64,000 bases of DNA from Candidatus Spongiisociaceae bacterium (GTDB lineage: Bacteria; Actinomycetota; Acidimicrobiia; Spongiisociales; Spongiisociaceae). The notes beneath the pieces were generated by a model, which saw only the letters and a program-made list of their open reading frames with translations, did not search any database and was not told where the DNA came from. Each line of letters opens with the position of its first letter. Positions within the stretch are counted from its first letter, which is position 1. Location: positions 1,376,001-1,440,000 of the forward strand of contig CBDCOH010000002.1 in the NCBI GenBank assembly GCA_965219685.1. The letters are read 5' to 3'. A program made the translations under genes and the position numbers. This document shows, one piece after another, positions 19,717 to 29,157 of this stretch.

Positions 19717-20367
19717 ATGAGGATTTTCACCGTTCAGGCCACCCTTCGCGACGAGCACCTGGAGAGGTTCGTGACAGCATCGATCGCCAATGCGAGTGCT
19801 TCCGTAACGACCGAGCAAGGATGTCGACGCTTCGACATCTTCCGCGACGACGCGGATGCCGCGAGGGTGGGATTCAACGAGATCTATGACGATGCCCGCG
19901 CAACCGACGCCCATGAGAACTCGGCACATTTCGCGACCTGGTTGTCGGCCACCGACGGGATGCTCGATCAACTGGTGTGGGCGAAGTGCCGCAACCTGTT
20001 CGCCGGGGGAACGCCATCCCAGAGCCGAACCGCCGATCCCTCCTCCACCGGCGGAATCGGCGTCTACCAGGCGCGTCTGTCGCTGCGGGCAGATGACGCC
20101 GACAGCTTCATCGCCTCGGTGACGGAACAGGCCCGCGCCGCGGTGGCAAACGAGCAGGCGCTGCTCCGGTTCGACATCAACCAGAACATCGACGTCTCGA
20201 CCGAAGTCTGGCTCTATAAGGTCCATGCCGACCCCGCGGCCGCAAGAGACCACGCGTCGGCGCCGTACACGGCTGCCCATCTCGACCGGTTCGGCGAGTA
20301 CTACTCGGAAGGGTCGCCCAGCCCTATCTCCGGAACGAACATCTGGCCTCCCGACGCCGGATGGTGA
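19717..20367 (+). CDS. Tandem ABM/LsrG-like (putative quinol monooxygenase) domain protein
   Basis: Two repeats of E.GC.RFD...E.Y.D..A..AH. Confidence 0.78.
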   Translation: MRIFTVQATLRDEHLERFVTASIANASASVTTEQGCRRFDIFRDDADAARVGFNEIYDDARATDAHENSAHFATWLSATDGMLDQLVWAKCRNLFAGGTPSQSRTADPSSTGGIGVYQARLSLRADDADSFIASVTEQARAAVANEQALLRFDINQNIDVSTEVWLYKVHADPAAARDHASAPYTAAHLDRFGEYYSEGSPSPISGTNIWPPDAGW

Positions 20368-20437
20368 CCCCACCGGTGTCCTATCCCAGCTGCGATGAGT
20401 GTCCGGTGGTATCGGGCAGGAGAGTGCGGACCCTCGG

Positions 20438-21391
20438 CTAGATGCGCGGGGTGACTTGGAACGAGAAGAGGTCCGAGCGGCTGTAGTGGCCGGCGACATC
20501 CAGATCGAACTTCCCTCTGATGGTGTTCGAAAGGTCGATGTCGGCGAACAGGATCTCCTCGCTTCCATAGTGGGGACCGGCCAGGACTTCGCCGAAGGGA
20601 TCCACGATGCAGCTGCCTCCCCGGGTGATCACCTGGTCGGGATCATCTCCGAAGGCGGAGGCGTAGTCGGTGGGATAGTCGGCACGGGTGGTGTACTGGT
20701 TGGCGGAGAGCACGTAGCAACGGCCCTCCACCGCGATGTGTCGCATCGACGCGGTCCAACTGTCCCTGGCGTCGGCGGTGGGAGCGCACCAGATCTGGAC
20801 ATCCTGCCGGTACAGGGAGTAGCGGAGCAACGGCATGTAGTTCTCCCAGCATATGGCAGCTCCCAGGTTGCCGTGCCTGGTCCGGTGGACCTCCAGCGTG
20901 GACCCGTCGCCGAAGCCCCATATGAGGCGCTCGGACCCCGTCGGCATGACCTTGCGGTGCTTGGCATAGAGGCCCTCGTCGGGTGAGAGGAACAGAACCG
21001 AACAGTACAGGGTGCTCCCGCCCCGCTCGATGACCCCGATCACGATGTCCAGGGCCAGTTCGCGTGCCACCTCCGCAAGCCGGTCGGTCACCGGGCCGGG
21101 CACATCGACCGCCGAGTCCCAGTAGCGGAGGAACATGTCCCGTCCGGCCTCGCTCCTGGACCCGACCACTGCACCGAAGTCGAGACCGCGCGGGTAGGCG
21201 GACAGGAACGCCTCGGGGAACACGACCAGGTCGGCGCCCTCGGACCCGGCCTGCGTGGCCAGATCGATCGCTTTGGCCAGAGTGGCCTCCCGATCGAAAC
21301 CGACCGGCGCCGCCTGCACGACCGCCGCCCTGAACGTCCGCCCCGCCCGGTGCTCAGCCGCGGAGTGCTCGTTAGGATCGGCCATCGACAT
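20438..21391 (-). CDS. Nitrilase (carbon-nitrogen hydrolase, branch 1)
   Basis: FPEAF, KHRKVMPT..ER..WG, ICWENYMP catalytic triad, GHYSR.D. Confidence 0.92.
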   Translation of the reverse strand: MSMADPNEHSAAEHRAGRTFRAAVVQAAPVGFDREATLAKAIDLATQAGSEGADLVVFPEAFLSAYPRGLDFGAVVGSRSEAGRDMFLRYWDSAVDVPGPVTDRLAEVARELALDIVIGVIERGGSTLYCSVLFLSPDEGLYAKHRKVMPTGSERLIWGFGDGSTLEVHRTRHGNLGAAICWENYMPLLRYSLYRQDVQIWCAPTADARDSWTASMRHIAVEGRCYVLSANQYTTRADYPTDYASAFGDDPDQVITRGGSCIVDPFGEVLAGPHYGSEEILFADIDLSNTIRGKFDLDVAGHYSRSDLFSFQVTPRI

Positions 21392-21457
21392 CGCCGATAG
21401 AGGCTAGTACCGGCAGGGCCTGCCGGAGCAGCCGCCCAGATCTCCCAGGGGGTTCCA

Positions 21458-21895
21458 ATGTCCGTCCGAAGGTTCACAGAAGTCGAGGCCTACCAGCATG
21501 CCGACGACGGCTACTACTACCGCCCGCTGGTCGCCGGGAAGGAGTTGTTCTCCTACGTGGCGCACGTCCCCGCCGGCGGTTACATGCCACCCGACGCGGA
21601 GGAGGCCGAGCTGTTCGAGTTGTCCCTGTTCATGCTGGAGGGAGAACTCGACGGGATACTCGACGAGGACCGGGTTGCCCTCACCGCGGGGGACGCGCTG
21701 CATATTCCGAGAGGCATGCCCTTCGGCGTCGAGAACAGGGGCTCGGCAACGGTCTCTTTCGTGTTGAGCTTCGCTCCCCCGCCTCCCAACGTGGACCTCG
21801 ACACCATGAAGCAGTCGGCCATCGACCGGGGGCGGGTGGTCGTCGAAGCCTCCGACGTCGAGGACGTGGTCGGCCCGGTCAGCTTCCCCCGATAG
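21458..21895 (+). CDS. Cupin domain protein
   Basis: FMLEGEL...GDALHIPRGMPFGVEN. Confidence 0.8.
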   Translation: MSVRRFTEVEAYQHADDGYYYRPLVAGKELFSYVAHVPAGGYMPPDAEEAELFELSLFMLEGELDGILDEDRVALTAGDALHIPRGMPFGVENRGSATVSFVLSFAPPPPNVDLDTMKQSAIDRGRVVVEASDVEDVVGPVSFPR

Positions 21896-21929
21896 GGTCG
21901 GCGGCTGCTGGCCCGTGGGCGGTGACCCG

Positions 21930-22922
21930 ATGAGCGCCAACCGCTCCTACCGGGAAGAGGATCGTGCTGTCGAGGTCGACGGCGCAACGCTGGCCGGGAC
22001 GCTCGCCCTCCCCACCACGGAGGGCCCGTGGCCCGTGACGCTCCTCCTGGGAGGCACGTTCTCGGATCTGAGGGATGCTGATGTGGATCCCAGGCTGTGG
22101 CCGGGGGTGCCCAGGCGCGGCATGTACGCGATCCTCGCCCGCGGGCTGGCGGAGGCGGGCATCGCCTCGTTCCGCTTCGACCGCAGGGGCGCCGGCGAGA
22201 GTACGGGAGAGTTGGGCGTCGAGCGCGCCCAGGAGGTCGCTGACGCCGGGACCGTGTGGCGATGGGTCAGGTCCCTTCCGGAGTGCAACGGCAGGGCGGC
22301 CATGCTGGGCCACAGCGCCGGCGCCTACGTGCTGTGCCGGGTGGCGCACGAAGTGGGCCAGCCCGACGCGGCGGTGCTCCAAGGCGCCCTGTACCGCACG
22401 ATCGCCGAACTCCTCGAATACAACTACCGCCTGGTACGCGACTACCTGGGCCTCGGGGAATCCGAGGCGGCATGGGTGAGGGAGAACTCCCCGAAGGCCT
22501 ACGAGGATGCGATGATGATGGACACCATCGTGGGGGCGATCGAGAACAGAGAGCCGCAGGCCGTTGCGGAGCTGAAGGGCGATAGGAGAACCCGTGACCT
22601 GTCGAGCCTGCGGTACGACCTGGACCTTCCTCCCGAGGAACAGTTCCGCCACCTGGCCGCCCCCGCCCTCGTGCTGCACGCCTCCGAGGACCTGAACGTC
22701 CCCGTGGAGGACGCCTTCGACACGGTCCGCGCCTTGTGGGCCGCCGGGAACCGGGACGTGGAGTTGAGGGTGGTCCCGGGCGCCAACCACTCGTTCCAAC
22801 TGGACGCCGAGGACTACGCCACCCGGGTGCGGGAGAAGATCACGATGAAGAACTTCGGGCGACCCTTCCATCCCCTCTATCCGAGAGTCGTGATCGACTA
22901 CCTGACAAGAACGCTCCTCTGA
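21930..22922 (+). CDS. Alpha/beta hydrolase
   Basis: LAGTLALP, RFDRRGAGES, GHSAG nucleophile, D.NVP, GANH. Confidence 0.85.
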   Translation: MSANRSYREEDRAVEVDGATLAGTLALPTTEGPWPVTLLLGGTFSDLRDADVDPRLWPGVPRRGMYAILARGLAEAGIASFRFDRRGAGESTGELGVERAQEVADAGTVWRWVRSLPECNGRAAMLGHSAGAYVLCRVAHEVGQPDAAVLQGALYRTIAELLEYNYRLVRDYLGLGESEAAWVRENSPKAYEDAMMMDTIVGAIENREPQAVAELKGDRRTRDLSSLRYDLDLPPEEQFRHLAAPALVLHASEDLNVPVEDAFDTVRALWAAGNRDVELRVVPGANHSFQLDAEDYATRVREKITMKNFGRPFHPLYPRVVIDYLTRTLL

Positions 22923-23045
22923 TCCTGCCGCAAGGTTCCAATGCTGTCATTGTTCGCTCTGCCCCGACTTTGATCGGGGCTAACCTCGGCGTTGGGGCCT
23001 GTGATCGGCCAGCCGTACACGTCGTGTACCTGTTAGGAGAGTCCG

Positions 23046-24470
23046 ATTAGCTCGCGATCCGTCACCTGCGACCTTCTCATCAGCGGCGGCGTGGTCGTCA
23101 CCGTCGATGACCGGCGTCGCGTGATCGATCCGGGCGTGGTGGCGATAACCGGAGACCGGATCGTCGGGGTCGGGAACCGGCACGACATGCGCCACTACCA
23201 CGCGGACCGGGTGATCGACGCTTCCGGTGCAGCGGTCCTACCCGGGCTCGTGGACACCCACCAGCACCTGTTCCAGTACCTGACCCGCGGTCTGGGCGAA
23301 GGTCTGGAGCTGTGGCCCTGGTTGTCCGACTTCATGTGGCCGGTGACCACCGCCATCTCCCCCGAGGAGGCGAGGATCGGCGCGCAACTCGGGGCTGTCG
23401 AGGCGGCCCGCTCCGGCGTCACCACGATCCTGGACAACCATTACGCCCCCACCGACTTCCAATCCACACTGGCCGTGGCCGACGCCATAGCCGCGGTCGG
23501 ACTGCGCGGTGCGGTTGCCAGGGGCATGACCGGGGAACTGACCGAGATGGCGGCCAAGCACGGCCTGGCCGGCGAGTTGTTCCGCTACTCCAACCAGGAG
23601 GAGCTCGACATCACCCGGGCCTGCATCGAGGCTCGTCCACCCGGCGCCCGCGTCGGCGTCTGGCCGGCCCCCCTCAACATCATCTACGTCGACCAGCAAC
23701 TCGTGGTCGATGCAGTAGGCCTGGCCCGCGAGACAGGCACCGGCTGGCACTCGCACTGCTCGGAGGCAGCGAACGACCCGGTCTTCTACCTGGAGGAATA
23801 CGACCGCAGGCCGGTCGAGTGGCTGGCGGAACAGGGCCTGTTGGACCGGCGAGCCACCCTGGCCCACGGGATCTTCCTGGATGACCGCGAGGTCGAACTG
23901 GTCGGGGACTCGCGGACCGGCATCGCCTACTGCCCCATCTCCCATCAGTACATCGCCTTGGGGGTGATGCGTCTGCGCGACCTCCGCAGGGCCGGCGCCA
24001 CCGTCGGCCTCGGTCTCGACGGGGGAAGCGGGCACCGGCTGGACATGTTCGCCTGCATGAAGCAGGCGGTCCTCCTGCAGCGGGTCCACACGCAGAACCC
24101 CACCGAGTCCAACGGTGAGGAGGCGATAGAGCTGGCCACCAGGGTCGGTGCCGAGTACATGGGGATCGAAGCCGGCGTGATCGCCCCCGGAAAGCTTGCG
24201 GACCTGGTGATCGTGGACCAGTCCGCTCCCCACCACGCGCCACTCCACCGCACGGTGGCATCGGTTGTCTACTCGACCAGTCCCTCCGACGTGACCCACA
24301 CGATCGTGGGGGGCGAGGTCATCTTCGAGAACGGGAGCTGCACCATGGTGGACGAAGCGGCGGTAGTGGAGGAAGCCAACGGACGGGCGGCCGACCTCGT
24401 GTCGCGGGCGGGGCTGACCTCCCTTCTCGAGCCTTGGCGTACAGCCCCGGCGGCTTCGGGCAAGGAGTGA
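23046..24470 (+). CDS. MtaD/SsnA/TRZ-ATZ-type amidohydrolase (deaminase); probable ATT start
   Basis: PGLVDTHQH, HSHCSE, AHG, GLGLDG; conserved CDLLISGG lies upstream of the first GTG (23091); AGGAG 6 nt before ATT. Confidence 0.85.
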   Translation: MSSRSVTCDLLISGGVVVTVDDRRRVIDPGVVAITGDRIVGVGNRHDMRHYHADRVIDASGAAVLPGLVDTHQHLFQYLTRGLGEGLELWPWLSDFMWPVTTAISPEEARIGAQLGAVEAARSGVTTILDNHYAPTDFQSTLAVADAIAAVGLRGAVARGMTGELTEMAAKHGLAGELFRYSNQEELDITRACIEARPPGARVGVWPAPLNIIYVDQQLVVDAVGLARETGTGWHSHCSEAANDPVFYLEEYDRRPVEWLAEQGLLDRRATLAHGIFLDDREVELVGDSRTGIAYCPISHQYIALGVMRLRDLRRAGATVGLGLDGGSGHRLDMFACMKQAVLLQRVHTQNPTESNGEEAIELATRVGAEYMGIEAGVIAPGKLADLVIVDQSAPHHAPLHRTVASVVYSTSPSDVTHTIVGGEVIFENGSCTMVDEAAVVEEANGRAADLVSRAGLTSLLEPWRTAPAASGKE

Positions 24471-24560
24471 GACATCGGCTGGAGGATATCCACAGAGTGG
24501 CGGTTGTAAGCGCGTTCCAGGTCTGTTCCGCTTAGCTCACGTTCACGATATGATCTGTCT

Positions 24561-24920
24561 ATGACTACTAAGACAAGATACTACAACGTTACCGGGCGGG
24601 ATTTCCTTACCAAGGCTCGGAGCTACCTAGCCGAGGGAGACCTGCTGCAAGCCTCCGAGAAAGGCTGGGGCGCTGCCGCCCAAATGGTTAAGAGCGTCGC
24701 CGAGGCCCGAGGATGGCCCCACAACGGGCATCACGAACTATGGCGTGTGGCCAACCGCCTCGTGGACGAGACCGGAGACCGGGACATTCGGACCGCATTC
24801 ACTGCTGCCGGCGCCCTGCACACCAACTTCTACGAAGGCTGGTTACCTCGCGAACACGTCGAGGACTGCCTTGCCCAGGTCGAGGAGTTGATCTCGAAGC
24901 TGGAAGCTCTCGCCGCCTAG
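24561..24920 (+). CDS. PaREP1-family (HEPN-like) protein
   Basis: QASEKGWGAAAQMVKSVA, LHTNFYEG; TATGAT -10 six nt before ATG (leaderless). Confidence 0.82.
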   Translation: MTTKTRYYNVTGRDFLTKARSYLAEGDLLQASEKGWGAAAQMVKSVAEARGWPHNGHHELWRVANRLVDETGDRDIRTAFTAAGALHTNFYEGWLPREHVEDCLAQVEELISKLEALAA

Positions 24921-25422
24921 CCGGCGGATGCCGGGTGTCTCGGCTCACGACCTTTCATCCTCGCCCGCCAGGCGCCATCAAGTCGCGAAAAACGCCGAGG
25001 TCCATCCCTGCACAGGGCCCGCCCCCAACCTCCACCTTGCCTGGGCGTGGGCGCGAACCCCTGGTCCGCCACCGTGCAGATGCTCCGCGATCATGTTCCC
25101 TCGGGCGGTCGAGCCGACGTCGAACGCTGGACCGCCGGGTGCTTGGTCAGATACGAGTAAGCGTGCCGGAAGGGTGTGACAGGGTCAACCCCCCTGTGCC
25201 TCGGGCTGTGCGCCCGGCTCGAACCCTGGCAGGGTCAAGTACCCTCACAGCCCACTGGTTCTCCGGCTTCAACCAATCTCCTGGGGTTGCCGCCAGGCAG
25301 GCCGGATGCAGAGAGTCGAGGCACGAGCGGGTAGGTTCTGTACGGTTTGTGCCGACCCGGCGGTCTCTCGAAGCCACGGTGGCCAGCGCCGGGAGCAGTC
25401 AGTTGTCTGGAAAGGAAAACCG

Positions 25423-26388
25423 ATGGGCGAGATCGAAGCGACCTGGGACTTTCGCGACCCGTACCTGTGGATGCAGAAGACGGCGCGGAGCGCGTTGCCG
25501 CCTTTGATCATCACCGCGGCCATCAGCGGCGGCGGCCACGGTAAGGAGTCGAACGCGGCCCTGCCGGAGACGCCGGAGGAACAGGCCGCGGAGGCCCGCC
25601 GGGCGTACGAGGCCGGGGCCTCGCAGATCCACGTGCACGTGAGGGACCCGCAGGACTGGAGCCAGTGCAGTGGCAACCGGGAGGACTACGGGCGGGTCAA
25701 CCGGATGATCCGCGAGCAGTGCCCGGACGTGATCATCAACAACAGCACCGGCGGGGGCCCGACGCTAACCACCGAGGAGCGTTATTCGCCCCTGTTCGCC
25801 GATCCGGCGCCCGACGTGGCGACGCTCAATCTCGGACCCTTCGTCTCGCGCTTCACAATGCCCGAGAGGCCCGACCACCTGCCGCATCCACGGGGACCCG
25901 TCGAGTACGACATGTGCAGCGGGACGACCTACGGCGAGCTCAACCACTACGCCTCGGTGATCGCCGAGCGCGGCATGAAACCAGAATTGGAGATCTACGA
26001 CCCCGGCCAGTACTGGGTGCTCCGGGACCTCATCTACAACCAGAACGTGACCCCTCCCTACATGGTCCAGTTCGTCCTGGGCGCGCAGACGGCATCCTTC
26101 CCGACCCCCGCCAACCTCACGTCGCTCATCAGCGAGCTGCCCGCCGGAGCCCTGTTCTCGGTGATCGGGACGGGACCGTTCCAGATCCCGATGAACGTCC
26201 TGGGAATCCTCCTCGGCGGCCACGTGCGAGTGGGGCTGGAGGACAACATCTACTACCGGCGGGGAGAGAAGGCAACCGGTAACGCGCAACTGGTGAGCCG
26301 CATCCGGCGCATCGCCGAGGAGATGAACCGGGAGATCGCCACCCCCGCCCAGGCCCGCCAGATGCTCGACCTCCCGCAGGTCGCATGA
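25423..26388 (+). CDS. Beta-keto acid cleavage enzyme (BKACE/Kce, DUF849)
   Basis: IITAAISG, PETPEE, AGASQIHVHVRD, INNSTGG, KPELEIYD, GGHVRVGLEDN, NAQLV. Confidence 0.92.
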   Translation: MGEIEATWDFRDPYLWMQKTARSALPPLIITAAISGGGHGKESNAALPETPEEQAAEARRAYEAGASQIHVHVRDPQDWSQCSGNREDYGRVNRMIREQCPDVIINNSTGGGPTLTTEERYSPLFADPAPDVATLNLGPFVSRFTMPERPDHLPHPRGPVEYDMCSGTTYGELNHYASVIAERGMKPELEIYDPGQYWVLRDLIYNQNVTPPYMVQFVLGAQTASFPTPANLTSLISELPAGALFSVIGTGPFQIPMNVLGILLGGHVRVGLEDNIYYRRGEKATGNAQLVSRIRRIAEEMNREIATPAQARQMLDLPQVA

Positions 26389-26443
26389 GCGGCCATGGCT
26401 GTCAGGTGAGCACCGAACTCGGCGACGGACCGGGAGGGTCCGG

Positions 26444-27781
26444 GTGGTAGGCGCCGGTCCGCGCCGCCAGGTCCTCAACCTGGGTTCGTTCCCCGTCACC
26501 GATGTCCGGGCAGGCTCCGCCACGGCCCTGGCCGGCGGAGTGCTCACCGTCGACCTCGAGGAACTGGAGAGGATGCTGTCCGACGATCCCAACTTCGCCG
26601 CAGTCTCGGTGAGGATCGTCAGGCCGGGAGACCCGGTTAGGGTCATCAACGCCATCGACGCCGTCGAGCCGCGGATCAAGGTAGACCCCGTGGGCGCTGA
26701 CTTCTCGGGACTGCTCACCACGCCCCGGTTTGTCGGCCTCGGCACGACCCACGCCCTCAAGGGGGTGGCGGTGGTCGAGACCGCCCTTCCGGTGCCGGGA
26801 GAGCCCCGCTACTGGCGTGAGGCGATCTTCGACATGGCCGGACCCACCGCCAAGTACTCCCCCCTTTCCGAGCTTTTCAACGTGGTGGTCTCGTGCGAGC
26901 CCACCCGGGCCCTGCTGGAGAGCAGCGACCGGCCCACCAACGTCTTCGAGGGAACGCCGGAGGCGGTGGAGTACAACAAGGCGGTCCGGCTAGCGGGTCT
27001 CAGGGCGGCAACTTACCTGGCCGAGACAACCCTGGGGATGGAACCCGAGCGGTCGGACACCTACGACCTGGCCCCGTCACCCGCCGACGGCCTGCCGGCC
27101 GTCGTGTATCTGTACCAACTCGCCATCCCGTTCCTGCACGGCGAGATCGCTCCCGGCGCCGGCGCGATCGGCGGAGCGGCCCACCTTCCCACGCCGATCC
27201 ACCCGAACGAACTGCTCGACGGTGCGCTGGTGTGCGGCTGGAACGCCATAGCCTGCATGAGGGAGCTCACCTACACCGTGCAGAACCATCCCATCATCGA
27301 GGATCTGTACGCCCGCCACGGCCACGACATCGACTTCCGCGGCGTCGTGCTGTTCACCAACGGCGACACGCGCGCCGCCAAGGAGCGTTTGGCCAACCAC
27401 GCGGCCAACCTGGCGATCATGATGGGCGCCGAGGGGGCGCTGATCAACTACGCCGGAGGTGGGCATCCCGCCGTCGACGCCATGATGATCTGCAGGAATC
27501 TCGAGCGGCGGGGAGTGACGACCACGATGCTGTCCATGGAGATGGCCGCCAATCCCGGCGAGTCCGGCTTCGTCCACTTCGTCCCGGAGGCCGATGCCAT
27601 CGTGAGCACCGGGAACTACGAGGAGACGGTCCCGTTCGAGCCGGTGGAGCAGGTCATCGGGGGTGACGCGATGATCCAGATCGAAAGCGACCCAGCCGGC
27701 GCGTTCGAAGCCCCATTGGCCATCGTCATGGCCAGCACCCACCAGTTCGGCGGAACACACATACGAGGCGAGGAGTACTGA
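26444..27781 (+). CDS. Glycine/sarcosine/betaine reductase component B proprotein-like subunit (GrdE/GrdG/GrdI family)
   Basis: RPGDPVRV..IDAVEPRIKV, HPNELLDGALV, TY..QNHPIIEDLY, EADAIVSTGN. Confidence 0.85.
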   Translation: MVGAGPRRQVLNLGSFPVTDVRAGSATALAGGVLTVDLEELERMLSDDPNFAAVSVRIVRPGDPVRVINAIDAVEPRIKVDPVGADFSGLLTTPRFVGLGTTHALKGVAVVETALPVPGEPRYWREAIFDMAGPTAKYSPLSELFNVVVSCEPTRALLESSDRPTNVFEGTPEAVEYNKAVRLAGLRAATYLAETTLGMEPERSDTYDLAPSPADGLPAVVYLYQLAIPFLHGEIAPGAGAIGGAAHLPTPIHPNELLDGALVCGWNAIACMRELTYTVQNHPIIEDLYARHGHDIDFRGVVLFTNGDTRAAKERLANHAANLAIMMGAEGALINYAGGGHPAVDAMMICRNLERRGVTTTMLSMEMAANPGESGFVHFVPEADAIVSTGNYEETVPFEPVEQVIGGDAMIQIESDPAGAFEAPLAIVMASTHQFGGTHIRGEEY

Positions 27782-27790
27782 GGGGTTCCC

Positions 27791-29116
27791 ATGGCCAAGA
27801 TCGTCCACTATCTCAACCAGTTCTTCGGAGGGATGGGCGGCGAGGACCGCGCCGGCACCGGCCCGGTCTCCCAACCCGGTCCGGTGGGAACGGGCCGCGG
27901 ACTGGCCCGTCTCCTGGAGGCCGACCACCGGATCGTGGGGACGGTGATCTGCGGCGACAACTACATGGCACAGGGAGGGGCACCGGCCGTCGACGAGGTG
28001 GTCGAGTTGATTTCCGGGTTCGGTCCGGATGTGGTGGTCGCCGGGCCGGCCTTCGGATCCGGGCGGTACGGCCTGGCCTGCGGTGCGGTCTGCCGGGCGG
28101 TGACCGACCGGCTCGGCATCCCGGCCGTGACGGGGCTCCACGCCGACAGCCCGGGCGCCGCCGAGTGCCGGGCATGGGTTCCGATTCTCGCCACTGCCGA
28201 GACTGCCGCAGGCATGGGTGTCGCGCTCGAGAACCTCGCCCGGCTGGCCATGAAACTCGCACGCGGTGAGGAGTTGGGGAGCGCCGACGAAGAGGGGATT
28301 CTCACCAGGGGCCTTCGCCGCAACAAGTTCGAAGACCTGCGCGGATCGACCAGGGCGATCGAGATGCTGCTCTCCAAGATGCGAGGGGAGCCTTTCAGGA
28401 CGGAGTGGCCACTCCCCCGCTACGAACCTGCGGAACCTTCCGAGCCGATAGAAAGGGGCGCCCCCTTCCGGCTGGCACTGGTAACCGAGGCGGGGATCGT
28501 CCCGGCGGGAAACCCCGACCGGCTGCCATCCGGTTGGGCGACCGACTGGATGACCTACACGATCCACGACCGGGACGGCTTCGCGGAGGGCGAGTTCGAA
28601 TCGGTCCATGGCGGTATCGACACCAGCTTCGCCAACCGTGATCCCGATCGCCAGGTTCCGCTCGATGTGGCCCGATCGATGGAGCAGGAGGGCCGGTTCA
28701 GCCTCCATCCCGAGCTGCTCAGCACAACGGGAAACATGGGCACCCTCCGTGACATGACCCGCATCGGTGCCGAGATGGGACGCGCGTTGATCGCCGACGG
28801 CGTTCAGGCCGCCATCGTCGGTTCCACCTGAGGGACGGGGACGCGTAGCGGGTCTACGCTTGCGAAGTCGATCGAGAACCAGGGCGTTCCGGCCGCCCTG
28901 GTTACGGCGCTGGTACCGCTGGCGGAGTCGGTGGGGGTGCTGCGAATCGTCCAGGGCAAGGCCGTCACCCATCCGTTCGGCGACCCGACCCTCGAGGCCG
29001 CCGACGAACTCACGTATCGCAGGCTGGTGGTCGAGACCGCCATCACCGCTCTGGAAACGAACGTGGCGGAACCCACGGTGTTCGAAGTAGGAGATCGAAC
29101 GGCCGCGGTGGGGTAA
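27791..29116 (+). CDS. Glycine/sarcosine/betaine reductase selenoprotein B-like subunit (GrdB family), Sec at codon 347
   Basis: HYLNQFFGG..GE, TVICGDNY, GPAF..GRYG.ACG, GIVP.GNPDR, HGG.D; in-frame TGA at 28829 in ST-U-GTGTRSG, followed by GrdB-like C-terminus HPFGDP..RRLVVETA..TVF. Confidence 0.9.
28843..28859 (+). promoter_or_regulatory. Bacterial SECIS-like hairpin
   Basis: GCGTAG-CGGGT-CTACGC stem-loop starting 11 nt after the UGA, G-containing apical loop. Confidence 0.72.
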
Positions 29117-29157
29117 AATGCATAGCTAGCCGTCACTTTTCGGCTGTTTTCGACGGC

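Noticed and set aside
28829-28831. Nonsense mutation making grdB a pseudogene or two genes
   Set aside because: The TGA falls exactly at the family's Sec column, is followed by a SECIS-like hairpin, and the downstream frame is intact
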